Shown piece by piece: positions 8,832-18,590 of a DNA stretch of 64,000 nt. The DNA comes from Anaerolineae bacterium (GTDB taxonomy: Bacteria; Chloroflexota; Anaerolineae; B4-G1; SLSP01), in NCBI GenBank assembly GCA_049975525.1, contig JBNGCW010000011.1, positions 45,623-109,622 of the forward strand. The letters run 5' to 3'. The position numbers and the translations under genes were made by a program. How positions within the stretch are numbered: position 1 is the stretch's first letter; every line of letters starts with the position of its first letter. The notes beneath the pieces are model-generated. The model made no database searches. It was not told the DNA's origin and saw only the letters and a list, made by a program, of their open reading frames with translations.

Positions 8832-11800
8832 ATGGCAGAAAGGAAAATGATCACCGTAGATGGCAACACCGCTTGCGCGTCCGTCGCCCACAAGCTTAAC
8901 GAAGTTATCGCCATCTATCCCATCACCCCCTCCAGCCCCATGGGTGAGTTAGCCGACAGCCTCTCGGCTTCGGAAGAACCCAACATCTGGGGCAGCATCC
9001 CATTGGTCGCCGAGATGCAGGCTGAGGGCGGCGCCGCCGGCGCCATCCACGGCGCCCTCCAAACCGGTGCCCTGACGACGACCTTCACCGCCTCTCAAGG
9101 CCTGCTGTTGATGATCCCTAACATGCACAAGATCGCCGGCGAACTGACCTCCGCCGTCTTCAACGTCTCCGCCCGCAGCCTGGCGGCCCAGGCGCTCTCC
9201 ATCTTCGCCGATCACAGCGACGTCATGTCCGCCCGCAATACCGGCTTCGCGCTGCTGGCCAGCAACTCCGTCCAGGAAGCCCAGGACTTCGCCGTCATCG
9301 CCCAGGCAGCCACGTTGAAGACCCGCGTGCCCTTCGTGCACTTCTTCGACGGCTTCCGCACCAGTCATGAAATCAACAAAATCGAACAGCTGACAGAAGA
9401 CGACCTGAAGGCCATGATCGACGACCACCTGGTGCGAGCGCACCGCGAGCGCGCGCTCAACCCTGACAAGCCCATCGTGCGCGGTATCTCCCAGGGTCCC
9501 GACGTCTATTTCCAGGCCCGCGAGGCCGTCAACCCCTACTATGTCAAAGCCCCGGCCCTCGTCCAGGAGACCATGGACGAATTCGCCGCGCTGACAGGGC
9601 GCCAATACCATCTCTTTGATTACGTCGGCGCAGCCGACGCGAAGCACGTCATCGTCCTCATGGGCTCCGGCGCCGAGGTAGCGCACGAGACCGTCGAGTA
9701 CCTCATCGAGAACGAAGGCGCCAAGGTCGGCGTGCTCAAAGTGCGCCTCTATCGCCCCTTCAGCATCGAGCACTTCCTGGAGGCGTTGCCTGAGAGCGTG
9801 GAGATCATCGCCGCGCTGGACCGCACCAAGGAACCCGGCAGCGCTGGCGAGCCGCTCTTCGAAGACGTGGTCACCGCCGTCGCCGAGCTCGACCGCAAGG
9901 TCAAGGTCATCGGTGGGCGTTACGGGCTCTCCAGCAAAGAGTTTACCCCCGCCATGGTCAAGGGTATCTTTGACGAAATGGCCAAAGAGAACCCCAGGAA
10001 GCGCTTCACCGTGGGCATCGAGGACGATGTCACCAACCTGAGCATCGATTACGACCCCTCCTTCGACATCGAGCCGGATGATGTCGTGCGGGCGCTCTTC
10101 TACGGCCTGGGCTCCGACGGCACTGTGGGCGCCAACAAGAACTCCATCAAGATCATCGGCGAGGAGACCGATATGTACGCCCAGGGCTACTTCCAGTACG
10201 ATGCGAAGAAGTCCGGCGGGATCACCGTCTCCCACCTGCGCTTCGGCCCCCGCCCCATCCGTCAGACCTGTCTGGTGAGCAAGGCCAGCTTCGTGGGCGT
10301 CCACCAGTTTGTCTTCTTCGAGAAATTCAACGTCCTGGACGCTGCGGCGCCAGGCGCCACGCTGTTGATCAACAGCCCTTACACCGTCGACGAGACCTGG
10401 GATCGGCTGCCCCGGCAGGTGCAACAGCAGATCATCGATAAGGAGCTCGAGGTCTACATCATCGACGCTTACGAGGTCGCCAAAAACGTCGGCTTGGGCC
10501 GGCGCATCAATACCATCATGCAGACCTGCTTCTTCGCCCTCTCCGGCGTCCTGCCCAAGGATGAAGCCATCGCCGAAATCAAGAAGGCCATCAAGAAGAC
10601 CTACGGCGCCAAAGGCCAGAAGATCGTTGACATGAACTACGAGGCCGTCGATCACGCGCTGGAGAACCTGCACCTGTTGGAGTACCCCAACGAGGTGACC
10701 AGCGAGATCGAGATGCCGCCGGTCGTACCACAAGAAGCGCCCGAATTCGTACAGGAAGTCATCGCCAAGATGATCGCCCAGGAGGGCGACGACCTGCCCG
10801 TCTCCAAGCTGCCCGCCGACGGCACCTATCCGACCGGCACCACGCAGTGGGAGAAGCGCAACGTCGCCATGGAAATCCCCGTCTGGGATCCCGACGTCTG
10901 CATCCAGTGCGGCAAATGCGTCATGTCCTGCCCCCACGCCACCATCCGCATGAAGGTCTACGATCCCGCGCTGCTGGAGGGCGCACCGGAGGGCTTCCGC
11001 TCGGCCGACGCTCGGGGACGCAAGTTCAAAGGCATGAAGTTCACCATCCAAGTCGCGCCCGAGGATTGTGTGGGTTGCGGGCTCTGTGTGCAGGTCTGCC
11101 CGGCCAAGAACCGCGAGGAGCCGGATCGCAAGGCCATCAACATGACCGAGCAGCCGCCCATCCGCTTCCGTGAGCGCACCTTCTACGAATTCTTCCGCGA
11201 CGAGTTGCCCTACTTCGACCGCACCGATCTCAACCTCGACCAGGTCAAGGAGTCGCAGCTGCTGCGCCCGCTCTTCGAGTTCAGCGGCGCCTGCGCCGGG
11301 TGCGGCGAAACCCCCTACGTCAAGCTGCTCAGTCAGCTCTACGGCGACCGGGCCATCATCGCCAATGCCACCGGCTGCTCCTCCATCTACGGCGGGTACA
11401 TGCCCACCACCCCCTACACCACCGACGAAGCCGGACGCGGACCCGCCTGGAACAACAGCCTCTTTGAAGACAACGCTGAGTTCGGCTACGGCTTCCGCCT
11501 GACGCTGGACAAGCAGGAACAGTACGCCCGCAAGCTGCTGCAGAAGTTCAGCCACGTCATCGGTGAGGATCTGGTCGAGGAAACGCTCAACGCCGAGCAG
11601 ATCACCGAGGCCGACTACGTGGCGCAGCGCGCCCGCGTGGCCAAGATCAAGGAAAAACTGGCAGCTGTGGACGACCCCGACGCCGAGAATCTGCTCAGCG
11701 TGGCCGACGTGCTGGTCCGCCGCTCCGTCTGGATCGTCGGCGGCGACGGCTGGGCCTACGACATCGGCTACGGCGGCCTGGATCACGTGTTGGCCCAGGG

Positions 11801-12386
11801 CCGCAACGTCAACGTCCTGGTCCTCGACACCCAGGTCTACTCCAACACCGGCGGTCAGATGTCCAAGGCGACGCCGCGCGGCGCTGTGGCGAAGTTCGCC
11901 GCCGCTGGGCGCTCGCTGCCCAAGAAGGATCTCGGTCTGATGGCGATGAGCTACGGCAACATCTACGTAGCACAGATCGCCATGGGCGCCAACGACCGTC
12001 AGGCCCTCAAGGCCTTCCGCGAGGCCGAGGCTTACGACGGCCCGAGCCTCATCATCGCCTATAGCCACTGCATCGCCCACGGCATCCCCATGCACTACGG
12101 TTTCGACCAGCAGGATAAGGCCGTCAAATCCGGCGCCTGGCTGCTCTACCGCTACGATCCACGCCGTGCAGCAGAGGGCAAGAATCCTCTGCAGTTGGAC
12201 TGCAAAGAGCCTTCGATCCCCATCAAGGAGTACATGTACAACGAAGTGCGCTTCCGCACCCTGACGCAGTCCATGCCCGAGCGGGCAGAACGCCTGTTGA
12301 AGCTGGCACAGCAAGATGCCACCGCCCGCTGGAACTATTACAAGCAGCTGGCGGAGATGGATTACAGCTGGGCAGCGGAAAAGTAG
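8832..12386 (+). CDS. nifJ: Pyruvate:ferredoxin (flavodoxin) oxidoreductase, single-chain PFOR
   Basis: 1184 aa. Includes two 4Fe-4S ferredoxin motifs (CIQCGKCVMSCP, CVGCGLCVQVCP) and the TPP domain GDGW. Strong RBS. Confidence 0.95.
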   Translation: MAERKMITVDGNTACASVAHKLNEVIAIYPITPSSPMGELADSLSASEEPNIWGSIPLVAEMQAEGGAAGAIHGALQTGALTTTFTASQGLLLMIPNMHKIAGELTSAVFNVSARSLAAQALSIFADHSDVMSARNTGFALLASNSVQEAQDFAVIAQAATLKTRVPFVHFFDGFRTSHEINKIEQLTEDDLKAMIDDHLVRAHRERALNPDKPIVRGISQGPDVYFQAREAVNPYYVKAPALVQETMDEFAALTGRQYHLFDYVGAADAKHVIVLMGSGAEVAHETVEYLIENEGAKVGVLKVRLYRPFSIEHFLEALPESVEIIAALDRTKEPGSAGEPLFEDVVTAVAELDRKVKVIGGRYGLSSKEFTPAMVKGIFDEMAKENPRKRFTVGIEDDVTNLSIDYDPSFDIEPDDVVRALFYGLGSDGTVGANKNSIKIIGEETDMYAQGYFQYDAKKSGGITVSHLRFGPRPIRQTCLVSKASFVGVHQFVFFEKFNVLDAAAPGATLLINSPYTVDETWDRLPRQVQQQIIDKELEVYIIDAYEVAKNVGLGRRINTIMQTCFFALSGVLPKDEAIAEIKKAIKKTYGAKGQKIVDMNYEAVDHALENLHLLEYPNEVTSEIEMPPVVPQEAPEFVQEVIAKMIAQEGDDLPVSKLPADGTYPTGTTQWEKRNVAMEIPVWDPDVCIQCGKCVMSCPHATIRMKVYDPALLEGAPEGFRSADARGRKFKGMKFTIQVAPEDCVGCGLCVQVCPAKNREEPDRKAINMTEQPPIRFRERTFYEFFRDELPYFDRTDLNLDQVKESQLLRPLFEFSGACAGCGETPYVKLLSQLYGDRAIIANATGCSSIYGGYMPTTPYTTDEAGRGPAWNNSLFEDNAEFGYGFRLTLDKQEQYARKLLQKFSHVIGEDLVEETLNAEQITEADYVAQRARVAKIKEKLAAVDDPDAENLLSVADVLVRRSVWIVGGDGWAYDIGYGGLDHVLAQGRNVNVLVLDTQVYSNTGGQMSKATPRGAVAKFAAAGRSLPKKDLGLMAMSYGNIYVAQIAMGANDRQALKAFREAEAYDGPSLIIAYSHCIAHGIPMHYGFDQQDKAVKSGAWLLYRYDPRRAAEGKNPLQLDCKEPSIPIKEYMYNEVRFRTLTQSMPERAERLLKLAQQDATARWNYYKQLAEMDYSWAAEK

Positions 12387-12405
12387 CTTTTCGCTCCTAC
12401 CTACG

Positions 12406-12440
12406 ACGCCCGCAGGCGCTCATGTCTGCGGGCGTTTTTG
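12406..12440 (+). terminator. Rho-independent terminator after nifJ
   Basis: GCCCGCAG...CTGCGGGC stem followed by GTTTTTG. Confidence 0.6.
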
Positions 12441-12574
12441 CATCCACAGCCCCTCACGCGCGTCAGCATCAGGCAAACGGGAACGAGACTTGTGTTTTTC
12501 GAAGATATTGGCTATCATCATATGCAGCAGTCTACTCACCACAGTATTGAATGAACAAAGGAAAGGGGTTAAGC

Positions 12575-13570
12575 ATGAGTGATCTATCGACAACCTATAT
12601 GGGCCTGAACCTGAGAAATCCCATCGTTCCCTCTGCCTCCCCGCTCTCCCGCAACTTGGACGGCATCAAGCAGATGGAAGACGCCGGGGCCGGCGCCGTG
12701 GTCCTCTACTCGCTGTTCGAAGAGCAGATCGACCAGGAGGCCCAATTCCTTGACGAAATGATTGAAAGCACGAAGTATCGCTACGCCGAGATGATCGACC
12801 TCTTCCCACCTCAAGACATATACCGCCGCGACGAGCACGCGTACCTCGACCTGATCCGTCGGGCCAAGGAGAGCGTCGATATTCCCATCATCCCCAGCCT
12901 CAACGGCTACAGTCTGGGCGGCTGGTTGCGCTACGCTGCGCTTTGCGAGGAAGCCGGCGCCGACGGCCTGGAGCTCAACATCTATTATCTTCCCACCTCC
13001 CACCGCCTGACCGGCGCCCAGGTCGAAGCGCTGTACTTCGAACTGCTGCGCAACGTCAAACAACACGTCTCCATCCCCATCGCCGTGAAGATGAACCCTT
13101 TCTTCAGCTCTCTCCCCCACATCGCTACCCTGTTGGACCGCGCCGGCGCCGAGGCGCTGGTGTTCTTCAACCGCTTCTATCAGCCCGATCTGGATATTGA
13201 GGCCCTGCAAACTGTTCGCAAGTTGCACTTGAGCTCCTCAAAGGAGATGCTGTTGCCGTTGCGCTGGATCGCCATCCTCTACGGACGGCTCAACGCCTCC
13301 CTGGCGCTGAGCACCGGCGTGCACACCGTTGAGGACGTGGTCAAGGCGATCATGGCCGGTGCCGACGTCGCCAACGTCTGCTCGGTGCTCCTGCAGGAAG
13401 GCATCGATGCGTTGACCGAGCTGGTCACAGGCCTGGAAGCGTGGATGGACGCACACGAGTACGAGAACCCGGAGCAGATGCGCGGCCTCCTGAGCCATCA
13501 GAAAAGCCCCAACCCCACGGCCTTCGAGCGGGCTAACTACGTCCACCTGATCGGACAGAACAATGTCTGA
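12575..13570 (+). CDS. Dihydroorotate-dehydrogenase-like FMN-dependent TIM-barrel oxidoreductase
   Basis: N-terminus LNLRNPIVPSASPLS and overall pattern resemble the PyrD/DHPD family. A canonical PyrD catalytic motif could not be confirmed. ORF track start 12551 is an alternative. Confidence 0.65.
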   Translation: MSDLSTTYMGLNLRNPIVPSASPLSRNLDGIKQMEDAGAGAVVLYSLFEEQIDQEAQFLDEMIESTKYRYAEMIDLFPPQDIYRRDEHAYLDLIRRAKESVDIPIIPSLNGYSLGGWLRYAALCEEAGADGLELNIYYLPTSHRLTGAQVEALYFELLRNVKQHVSIPIAVKMNPFFSSLPHIATLLDRAGAEALVFFNRFYQPDLDIEALQTVRKLHLSSSKEMLLPLRWIAILYGRLNASLALSTGVHTVEDVVKAIMAGADVANVCSVLLQEGIDALTELVTGLEAWMDAHEYENPEQMRGLLSHQKSPNPTAFERANYVHLIGQNNV

Positions 13571-13650
13571 AAGTATGACTCACCTGAAAAAAGGGGGGAA
13601 AAATCGGCTTTGACGATACGTCTGAAAGCCGATTTGACAGGCAGGTATCT

Positions 13651-14217
13651 ATGAAGGACACTCTTTTCTACACCGGCACAGGCGACACAGGGACGACCAC
13701 TCGTCTGCAAGGTCGGAAGCGGCTCTCCAAAGCCGACGCGCTCCTGGAGGCCCTCGGCACCCTCGACGAGGCTACCTCCACCCTCGGCGTCGCCCGCGCG
13801 CAGGCCCTCTCCCCCCCAGTTCAACGGACGCTCCTGGAAAGTCAGCGGCGGCTTTACCGCCTGATGTCACACCTGTCGGCGGTTCCCGAAGCCCGCGCCA
13901 ACTATCCGGGACTCACCGGAGAGGATGTGATGTGGTTGGAGCAAGAGATCGCCCAGTTAGAAGCCAGGCTCCCTCCGCTGGAGGGATTTGTCCTGCCGGG
14001 GGACTCGCCGACCGGGGCTGCCTGTCACCTGGCCCGCGCTACCGTACGTCGAGCCGAACGACGGGTGGTCGTCCTCACAGATCGGGAAGCCAACATCGGC
14101 CCCGACAATCTCGCCTTCCTCAACCGTCTCTCGTCCTATCTCTTCGCCGCGGCCCTATATGAGGACCTGCAAGCAGGCCACACACCCACAGCAGCGCGGG
14201 CTCCGCAAGAGCATTGA
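13651..14217 (+). CDS. PduO-type ATP:cob(I)alamin adenosyltransferase
   Basis: N-terminal YTGTGDTGTT...EALGTLDE matches the PduO/MMAB family signature. Length 188 aa. Confidence 0.85.
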   Translation: MKDTLFYTGTGDTGTTTRLQGRKRLSKADALLEALGTLDEATSTLGVARAQALSPPVQRTLLESQRRLYRLMSHLSAVPEARANYPGLTGEDVMWLEQEIAQLEARLPPLEGFVLPGDSPTGAACHLARATVRRAERRVVVLTDREANIGPDNLAFLNRLSSYLFAAALYEDLQAGHTPTAARAPQEH

Positions 14218-14243
14218 GGATACCAAGGCCGCAAAAAAGGGGG

Positions 14244-14272
14244 TTGCAATTGTCTGAAAAGTTAGATATAAT
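14244..14272 (+). promoter_or_regulatory. Near-consensus sigma70 promoter TTGCAA-17-TATAAT upstream of the small peptide gene
   Basis: TTGCAA at 14244-14249, exactly 17-nt spacer, TATAAT at 14267-14272. Confidence 0.55.
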
Positions 14273-14327
14273 GGGTGGTATACAGTCGAGGGCCTGAAAA
14301 GCCGCTACTCCCAAAAAAGGAGGATGT

Positions 14328-14432
14328 ATGTACGAGGCGCCGGAAATCATCTATGAAGGCAAATTAGAAGTGCAGGCAGGCAGCCCTCTCGGAATACCGG
14401 AGGACCCCCTAGACCTGGATATGCCCGGCTAA
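14328..14432 (+). CDS. Small 34-aa peptide (MYEAPEIIYEGKLEVQAGSPLGIPEDPLDLDMPG), function unknown
   Basis: AAGGAGG RBS at 14317-14323, ATG at 14328, TAA at 14430. A dedicated promoter lies upstream and a GC hairpin (14491-14516) downstream. The peptide is below the ORF-track length cutoff. Confidence 0.5.
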   Translation: MYEAPEIIYEGKLEVQAGSPLGIPEDPLDLDMPG

Positions 14433-14490
14433 CGTTAAGAGAGGGCTTCAATCACTTCGGTGGCATTATTACCGTGGTGAACACGCAGAA

Positions 14491-14516
14491 GGGCGACTTT
14501 GCAGTCGCCCTTCTCT
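14491..14516 (+). terminator. GC-rich hairpin (GAAGGGCGAC-TTTGCA-GTCGCCCTTC) downstream of the small peptide gene
   Basis: Perfect 10-bp stem. No clear U-tract, so intrinsic termination is uncertain. Confidence 0.35.
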
Positions 14517-14920
14517 GCCTTAAGCGGTTCGTCGCTCTCTTCAAGAAAGCGCACGAGCCACCTGTGAAGATCTCACCGCCCTGGCAAACGCCCCCATGAC
14601 AGAAATCATGGTATAATCGGGAGTCGTTAAGGGTTGTCAAGCACTTGGATCAAAGGGCGACGAGAGGGTACCTCTCGCCGACCCGATCTTTTTGCCGCCG
14701 GGCGTTTCGTTTTACCGCAAAGTCTCCCCGGGAGAACGCCATATCTTCCAGGGCGGGCACTTTGTCACCTGGGCACCACACTTCAGAGGTCAAGCACATA
14801 CAGATTTGCAACTATTCGGGCGAAACGCGCTTTTTGCTACGGGAGGCGCATGCATAGAGCCGAACTCTAAAACGAAAAACGGGTGCTTCTCATCTTCTGG
14901 TCGCACAGTACCAATATATC

Positions 14921-15290
14921 CAGTGTTGACTCTGCTGAAAAAAGGTCCTAAAAATCGGATTTTTTTTCCGGAACTTGCCACTACATGTGGGAAAATTCGC
15001 GGTTGAAACCACTAGATATAGGGGATGTCTTGCTAAAAATCCGATTTTTTCAGTAGAGTCAGTGTTGACTCTACCAAGAGAAGCGGTAAAATCTCTAGCT
15101 TTGGACCTTTTTTTCAGCAGAGCGTTGGCTCTACTGAAATAACGCATAGAAATCGGATTTCTCCAAAACTCACCCCTACATGTGGGAGAATTCGCGGTCA
15201 AGATCAATAGATACAGGGGATGGCCGACTAGAAATCCGATTTTCCCCCTTTTTCAGTGGAGTCGGTGTTGACTGCCCTGAAAAAGGGGTG
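14921..15290. repeat. Two tandem MITE-like palindromic repeat units (CTGAAAAAAGG / AAATCGGATTT terminal inverted repeats; shared core CTACATGTGGGARAATTCGCGGT...ATAGGGGATG)
   Basis: Unit 1 is about 14933-15050 and unit 2 about 15122-15265. The aligned cores are about 80% identical, and both have inverted termini built on AAATCGGATTT. Confidence 0.6.
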
Positions 15291-15440
15291 AGCAGGGAGA
15301 AACGTGGGGACATGGCGTGAGGGTGTCGTGCACAAGCACGCCACATAGCATAGCACCCCTCCCTCCGCTGAAAAGTTCCTTTCAGCAGAGGCGGGGCTTA
15401 ATGCCAGGATCATCGCCCCCCGCCTGGAAGGAGGCTTATT

Positions 15441-18400
15441 GTGGGAAACAAACACGCTCGCTATGCCTGGATGGCGTTGGCTTTATCAGGCGCCATCGCA
15501 CTCCTCGGCCTGATCCAGACCGTCACCTGGGCCTCTCCTCCGGGGCCGCAGATCGAGTATCCACCGCTGCCGGAGCCCGATCCTGCCATGTCCCCCGAGC
15601 GCCTGGCCTCGCAAGTCGCGCTCTCCTCGCTGCCCGACCCCGCCGATCCCATACCGCTCCCCGAGCCCGCTTGGCGCATCGGCGTGATCACCGACGGCCT
15701 CTACGCCCTGAGCTACGCGACGTTGAACGCAGCAGGGGTGCCCGTCGCAGACGCCGACCCCGCTGCCTACCGCCTCTTCTGGCGCGGGCAGGAAGTCGCC
15801 CTGGACGCCAGCGACGTGGGCGACACCTTCGAGCCGGGCGAAGCCTTCTACTTCTACGGCGAGAAGTTCCACGGCTCGACCCAGGACGAGAAGTACACCG
15901 ACGAGAACGTCTACTGGCTGACCGTCGACGCGACCACGCCGGGCCTGCGCATGGCGACCCGCGACGTGACGCCGAATGGTCTTGGCACACCGGTCACCTG
16001 GTATACGGAGACACTGCACGCCGAGGAGAATCTCATCTGGTGGTCGCGTTGGTCGACCACACCGGGCACCGACGCCACGTGGTTCTGGGACGACGTGACG
16101 GCTTCCTCACCGGTCACGCGCAGCTACTCTGTTACGCTCTCCGACCTGGCTGCAGGGAGTCATGACGCCATGCTGATTGTGGAGTTGGCCGGACGGACCA
16201 CCAACGCCCATCGGGTCCGTTTTACGCTGAACGGCACCGTCGTGGGAGAGGCCACATGGTCCGGCGACGTGGGGCATGTGGCGACGCTCCCCTTCTCAGC
16301 AACCGCGCTGGTGGAAGGACAAAACACGCTTGATATGGCCATTCTCACCGACAGTGGAGCTCAGCGTATCTACTTGAACTGGTTCGAGATCCGGTACCCG
16401 CGAAAGATGGTATCTGTTGAGGGCGCTCTTGAATTCGGGGTTGAACTCTCCGGCACCGTTGCCGTCACGCTGACAGAATTCAGCACATCCACCCTACAGC
16501 TCTACGATGTGAGCGAGCCTCTCACCCCGACACGCTTGATCGGAGGGGAGATCACCGGATCCGGTGGCAACTATCAGTTGGCATTCCAGGATATGACCTC
16601 GACAGAGAAAATTTACCTGGCTACAGAGACGGACGTTGCCCGCTCGCCCGGCGATATCTCCTCATATACGCCATCCGCCGACTGGCTTAACCCCGGCGCA
16701 GGCGCCGATCTCATCGTCTTCGCTACATCAACCCACTTCACAGCCGTACAGCCCCTCATTGAACAGCGCCGTGCTCAGGGGATGCGAGTGCAGTTGGTCG
16801 ATGTAGCGGATGCGTATGCGCTGTTCAACGGCGGCATCGTGCACCCTGAAGCCATCCGGGCCTTCGTCACGTATGCGTACACGCATTGGCCGGGGCCCTC
16901 ACCGCAATATATCCTGCTTGTAGGCGACGCCAGTTTCAACCTCAAAGGCTACAACGAAGCGGCTTACGGCCCATGGACGCCACCCGTCATTCTCCCCTAT
17001 CTGGATTTCATCGATCCCGATCAGGGGGAGGTGCCCGTGGACGCCTATTTCGGCGACACCACCGGCGACGGCCTCCCCGAACTGGCGGTGGGACGCATAC
17101 CGGCTTACACCCCGGAAGACGTAGCGGGGTTCGTGAATAAAATCCTCGCGTATGAAAACCGCCCTCCGGCGGACTGGATGAAGCGGGCGCTCTTCGTCGC
17201 CGACGATGGAAAAACCTCCATTGAGGGATTCGCCTCAACGTTGAACCACCTGATGGCGGAGTACGTGCCCTCGACGCTGCTCACCCATACCGTCTACATT
17301 CAGGATTACTGTGGTCTCTCCGGCGCTTGCCCCGCGGCCACTGAGGCCTTGACCCAGACCTGGGGCCAGGAGGCTATCCTGCTCACCTATGCCGGACACG
17401 GGTCCATCCACCGTTGGGCCCACGAGCCACTGTTGCTCAACGAGCAGCTGGCCACGCTGCCCCCCATGGAAGGACTTCCCTTTATCATCTCCTTGGATTG
17501 TTGGGACGGCTATTGGCTCTTCCCCCCCATCTATCCTTCGCTGGGCAGTCAAGATGTGCGTTCCATTGGTGAATGGGCCACCACAGTGCTCACGGATCGA
17601 GGCGCCATAGGACTTTTCGGTCCGGCGGGGTTGGGTTATCTCTACATCGAGGATGACATGGCCGACGCGATGTACGACGCCATGTTCAACGGGGGGATTT
17701 TCCGCCTTGGAGATCTTACCCATCCGGCGCGTCGGACGGTCTCCAGCTCCTACCTGGCCCGTACCTACAGCCTCCTGGGTGATCCGACGTTGATGCTCTC
17801 CGTGTGGGACTCCCTGACGGCCACACCCTCCGGCGTCACCTTAACCGTCAATACACAGTTGACGCTCCCCGAGACCTTCGACGTCACCGGGACAACCCAT
17901 TATGGGGACGTGTTCACCATCACCCCCACCTGGACGGTCAACGACGGCACACTGAACGCCTGGGGTCTCTTCACCGCCCCCACTGAGGCGGGTTACGTGA
18001 CGTTGACGGCACACCTGGGACAGTTCTCTGTCCCCATCTCCATCCGAGTGCTGGGTGAGCCCGTCTCCATGACCGTGAGCCCGGACCCTCTGAAGATCGG
18101 TGCCGGTCTGACGGCCACCCTGCACGCCGAAGTCATAGATGCTTGGGGCAACATCCTCAACGAAACCCCAACGTGGAGCGCCGATGTGGGCGAGATCCAT
18201 CCAATGAAGGGCGTTTTCACCGCGCCGCTGCAGCCGACCCAAGGACACATTACCGCGACATTGGGCACGCTCGACGATGCGATAACCGTCGAGGTTCAAG
18301 CCCGCGAGCCCACCACCGTAAGCGTCACCCCCGCCTTGCTGCAGCTTCCCGTGGGAGCAACACAGCAGATGACGGCCACCGTCACCGACCGGTGGGGAAA

Positions 18401-18587
18401 TCCACTGCCGAACGCGACGGTACTATGGTCTACCGACGTCGGCGTGATCAATGCCCAGGGGGTATTCACCGCCGATTCAAAGCCAGGAGAAGGTTGGATT
18501 ACTGCTACCTCTCAAAGTGCCATCGGGCGGGCAGCGGTGACAGTCTATAGCTACAACATTTACCTTCCTTTAACAATACGCAACTAA
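15441..18587 (+). CDS. Secreted peptidase C25 (gingipain-like) with C-terminal Big_2/Ig-like domains
   Basis: GTG start after GGAAGGAGG RBS. Signal peptide present. Catalytic His in YAGHGS and Cys in SLDCWDG. Three Ig-like repeats follow. The protein ends ...YSYNIYLPLTIRN. Confidence 0.8.
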   Translation: MGNKHARYAWMALALSGAIALLGLIQTVTWASPPGPQIEYPPLPEPDPAMSPERLASQVALSSLPDPADPIPLPEPAWRIGVITDGLYALSYATLNAAGVPVADADPAAYRLFWRGQEVALDASDVGDTFEPGEAFYFYGEKFHGSTQDEKYTDENVYWLTVDATTPGLRMATRDVTPNGLGTPVTWYTETLHAEENLIWWSRWSTTPGTDATWFWDDVTASSPVTRSYSVTLSDLAAGSHDAMLIVELAGRTTNAHRVRFTLNGTVVGEATWSGDVGHVATLPFSATALVEGQNTLDMAILTDSGAQRIYLNWFEIRYPRKMVSVEGALEFGVELSGTVAVTLTEFSTSTLQLYDVSEPLTPTRLIGGEITGSGGNYQLAFQDMTSTEKIYLATETDVARSPGDISSYTPSADWLNPGAGADLIVFATSTHFTAVQPLIEQRRAQGMRVQLVDVADAYALFNGGIVHPEAIRAFVTYAYTHWPGPSPQYILLVGDASFNLKGYNEAAYGPWTPPVILPYLDFIDPDQGEVPVDAYFGDTTGDGLPELAVGRIPAYTPEDVAGFVNKILAYENRPPADWMKRALFVADDGKTSIEGFASTLNHLMAEYVPSTLLTHTVYIQDYCGLSGACPAATEALTQTWGQEAILLTYAGHGSIHRWAHEPLLLNEQLATLPPMEGLPFIISLDCWDGYWLFPPIYPSLGSQDVRSIGEWATTVLTDRGAIGLFGPAGLGYLYIEDDMADAMYDAMFNGGIFRLGDLTHPARRTVSSSYLARTYSLLGDPTLMLSVWDSLTATPSGVTLTVNTQLTLPETFDVTGTTHYGDVFTITPTWTVNDGTLNAWGLFTAPTEAGYVTLTAHLGQFSVPISIRVLGEPVSMTVSPDPLKIGAGLTATLHAEVIDAWGNILNETPTWSADVGEIHPMKGVFTAPLQPTQGHITATLGTLDDAITVEVQAREPTTVSVTPALLQLPVGATQQMTATVTDRWGNPLPNATVLWSTDVGVINAQGVFTADSKPGEGWITATSQSAIGRAAVTVYSYNIYLPLTIRN

Positions 18588-18590
18588 ACC

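Noticed and set aside
8949-12314. 1121-aa ORF antisense to nifJ
   Set aside because: It lies entirely within the high-confidence PFOR gene on the opposite strand. It is a GC-rich frame artefact with no motifs.
14921-15290. Possible CRISPR array or DGR template/variable repeat pair
   Set aside because: The repeats are not short identical direct repeats separated by unique spacers. The two units differ by scattered substitutions of all types, not adenine-specific ones. No cas genes or reverse transcriptase are nearby. They are better explained as MITE-like palindromic units.
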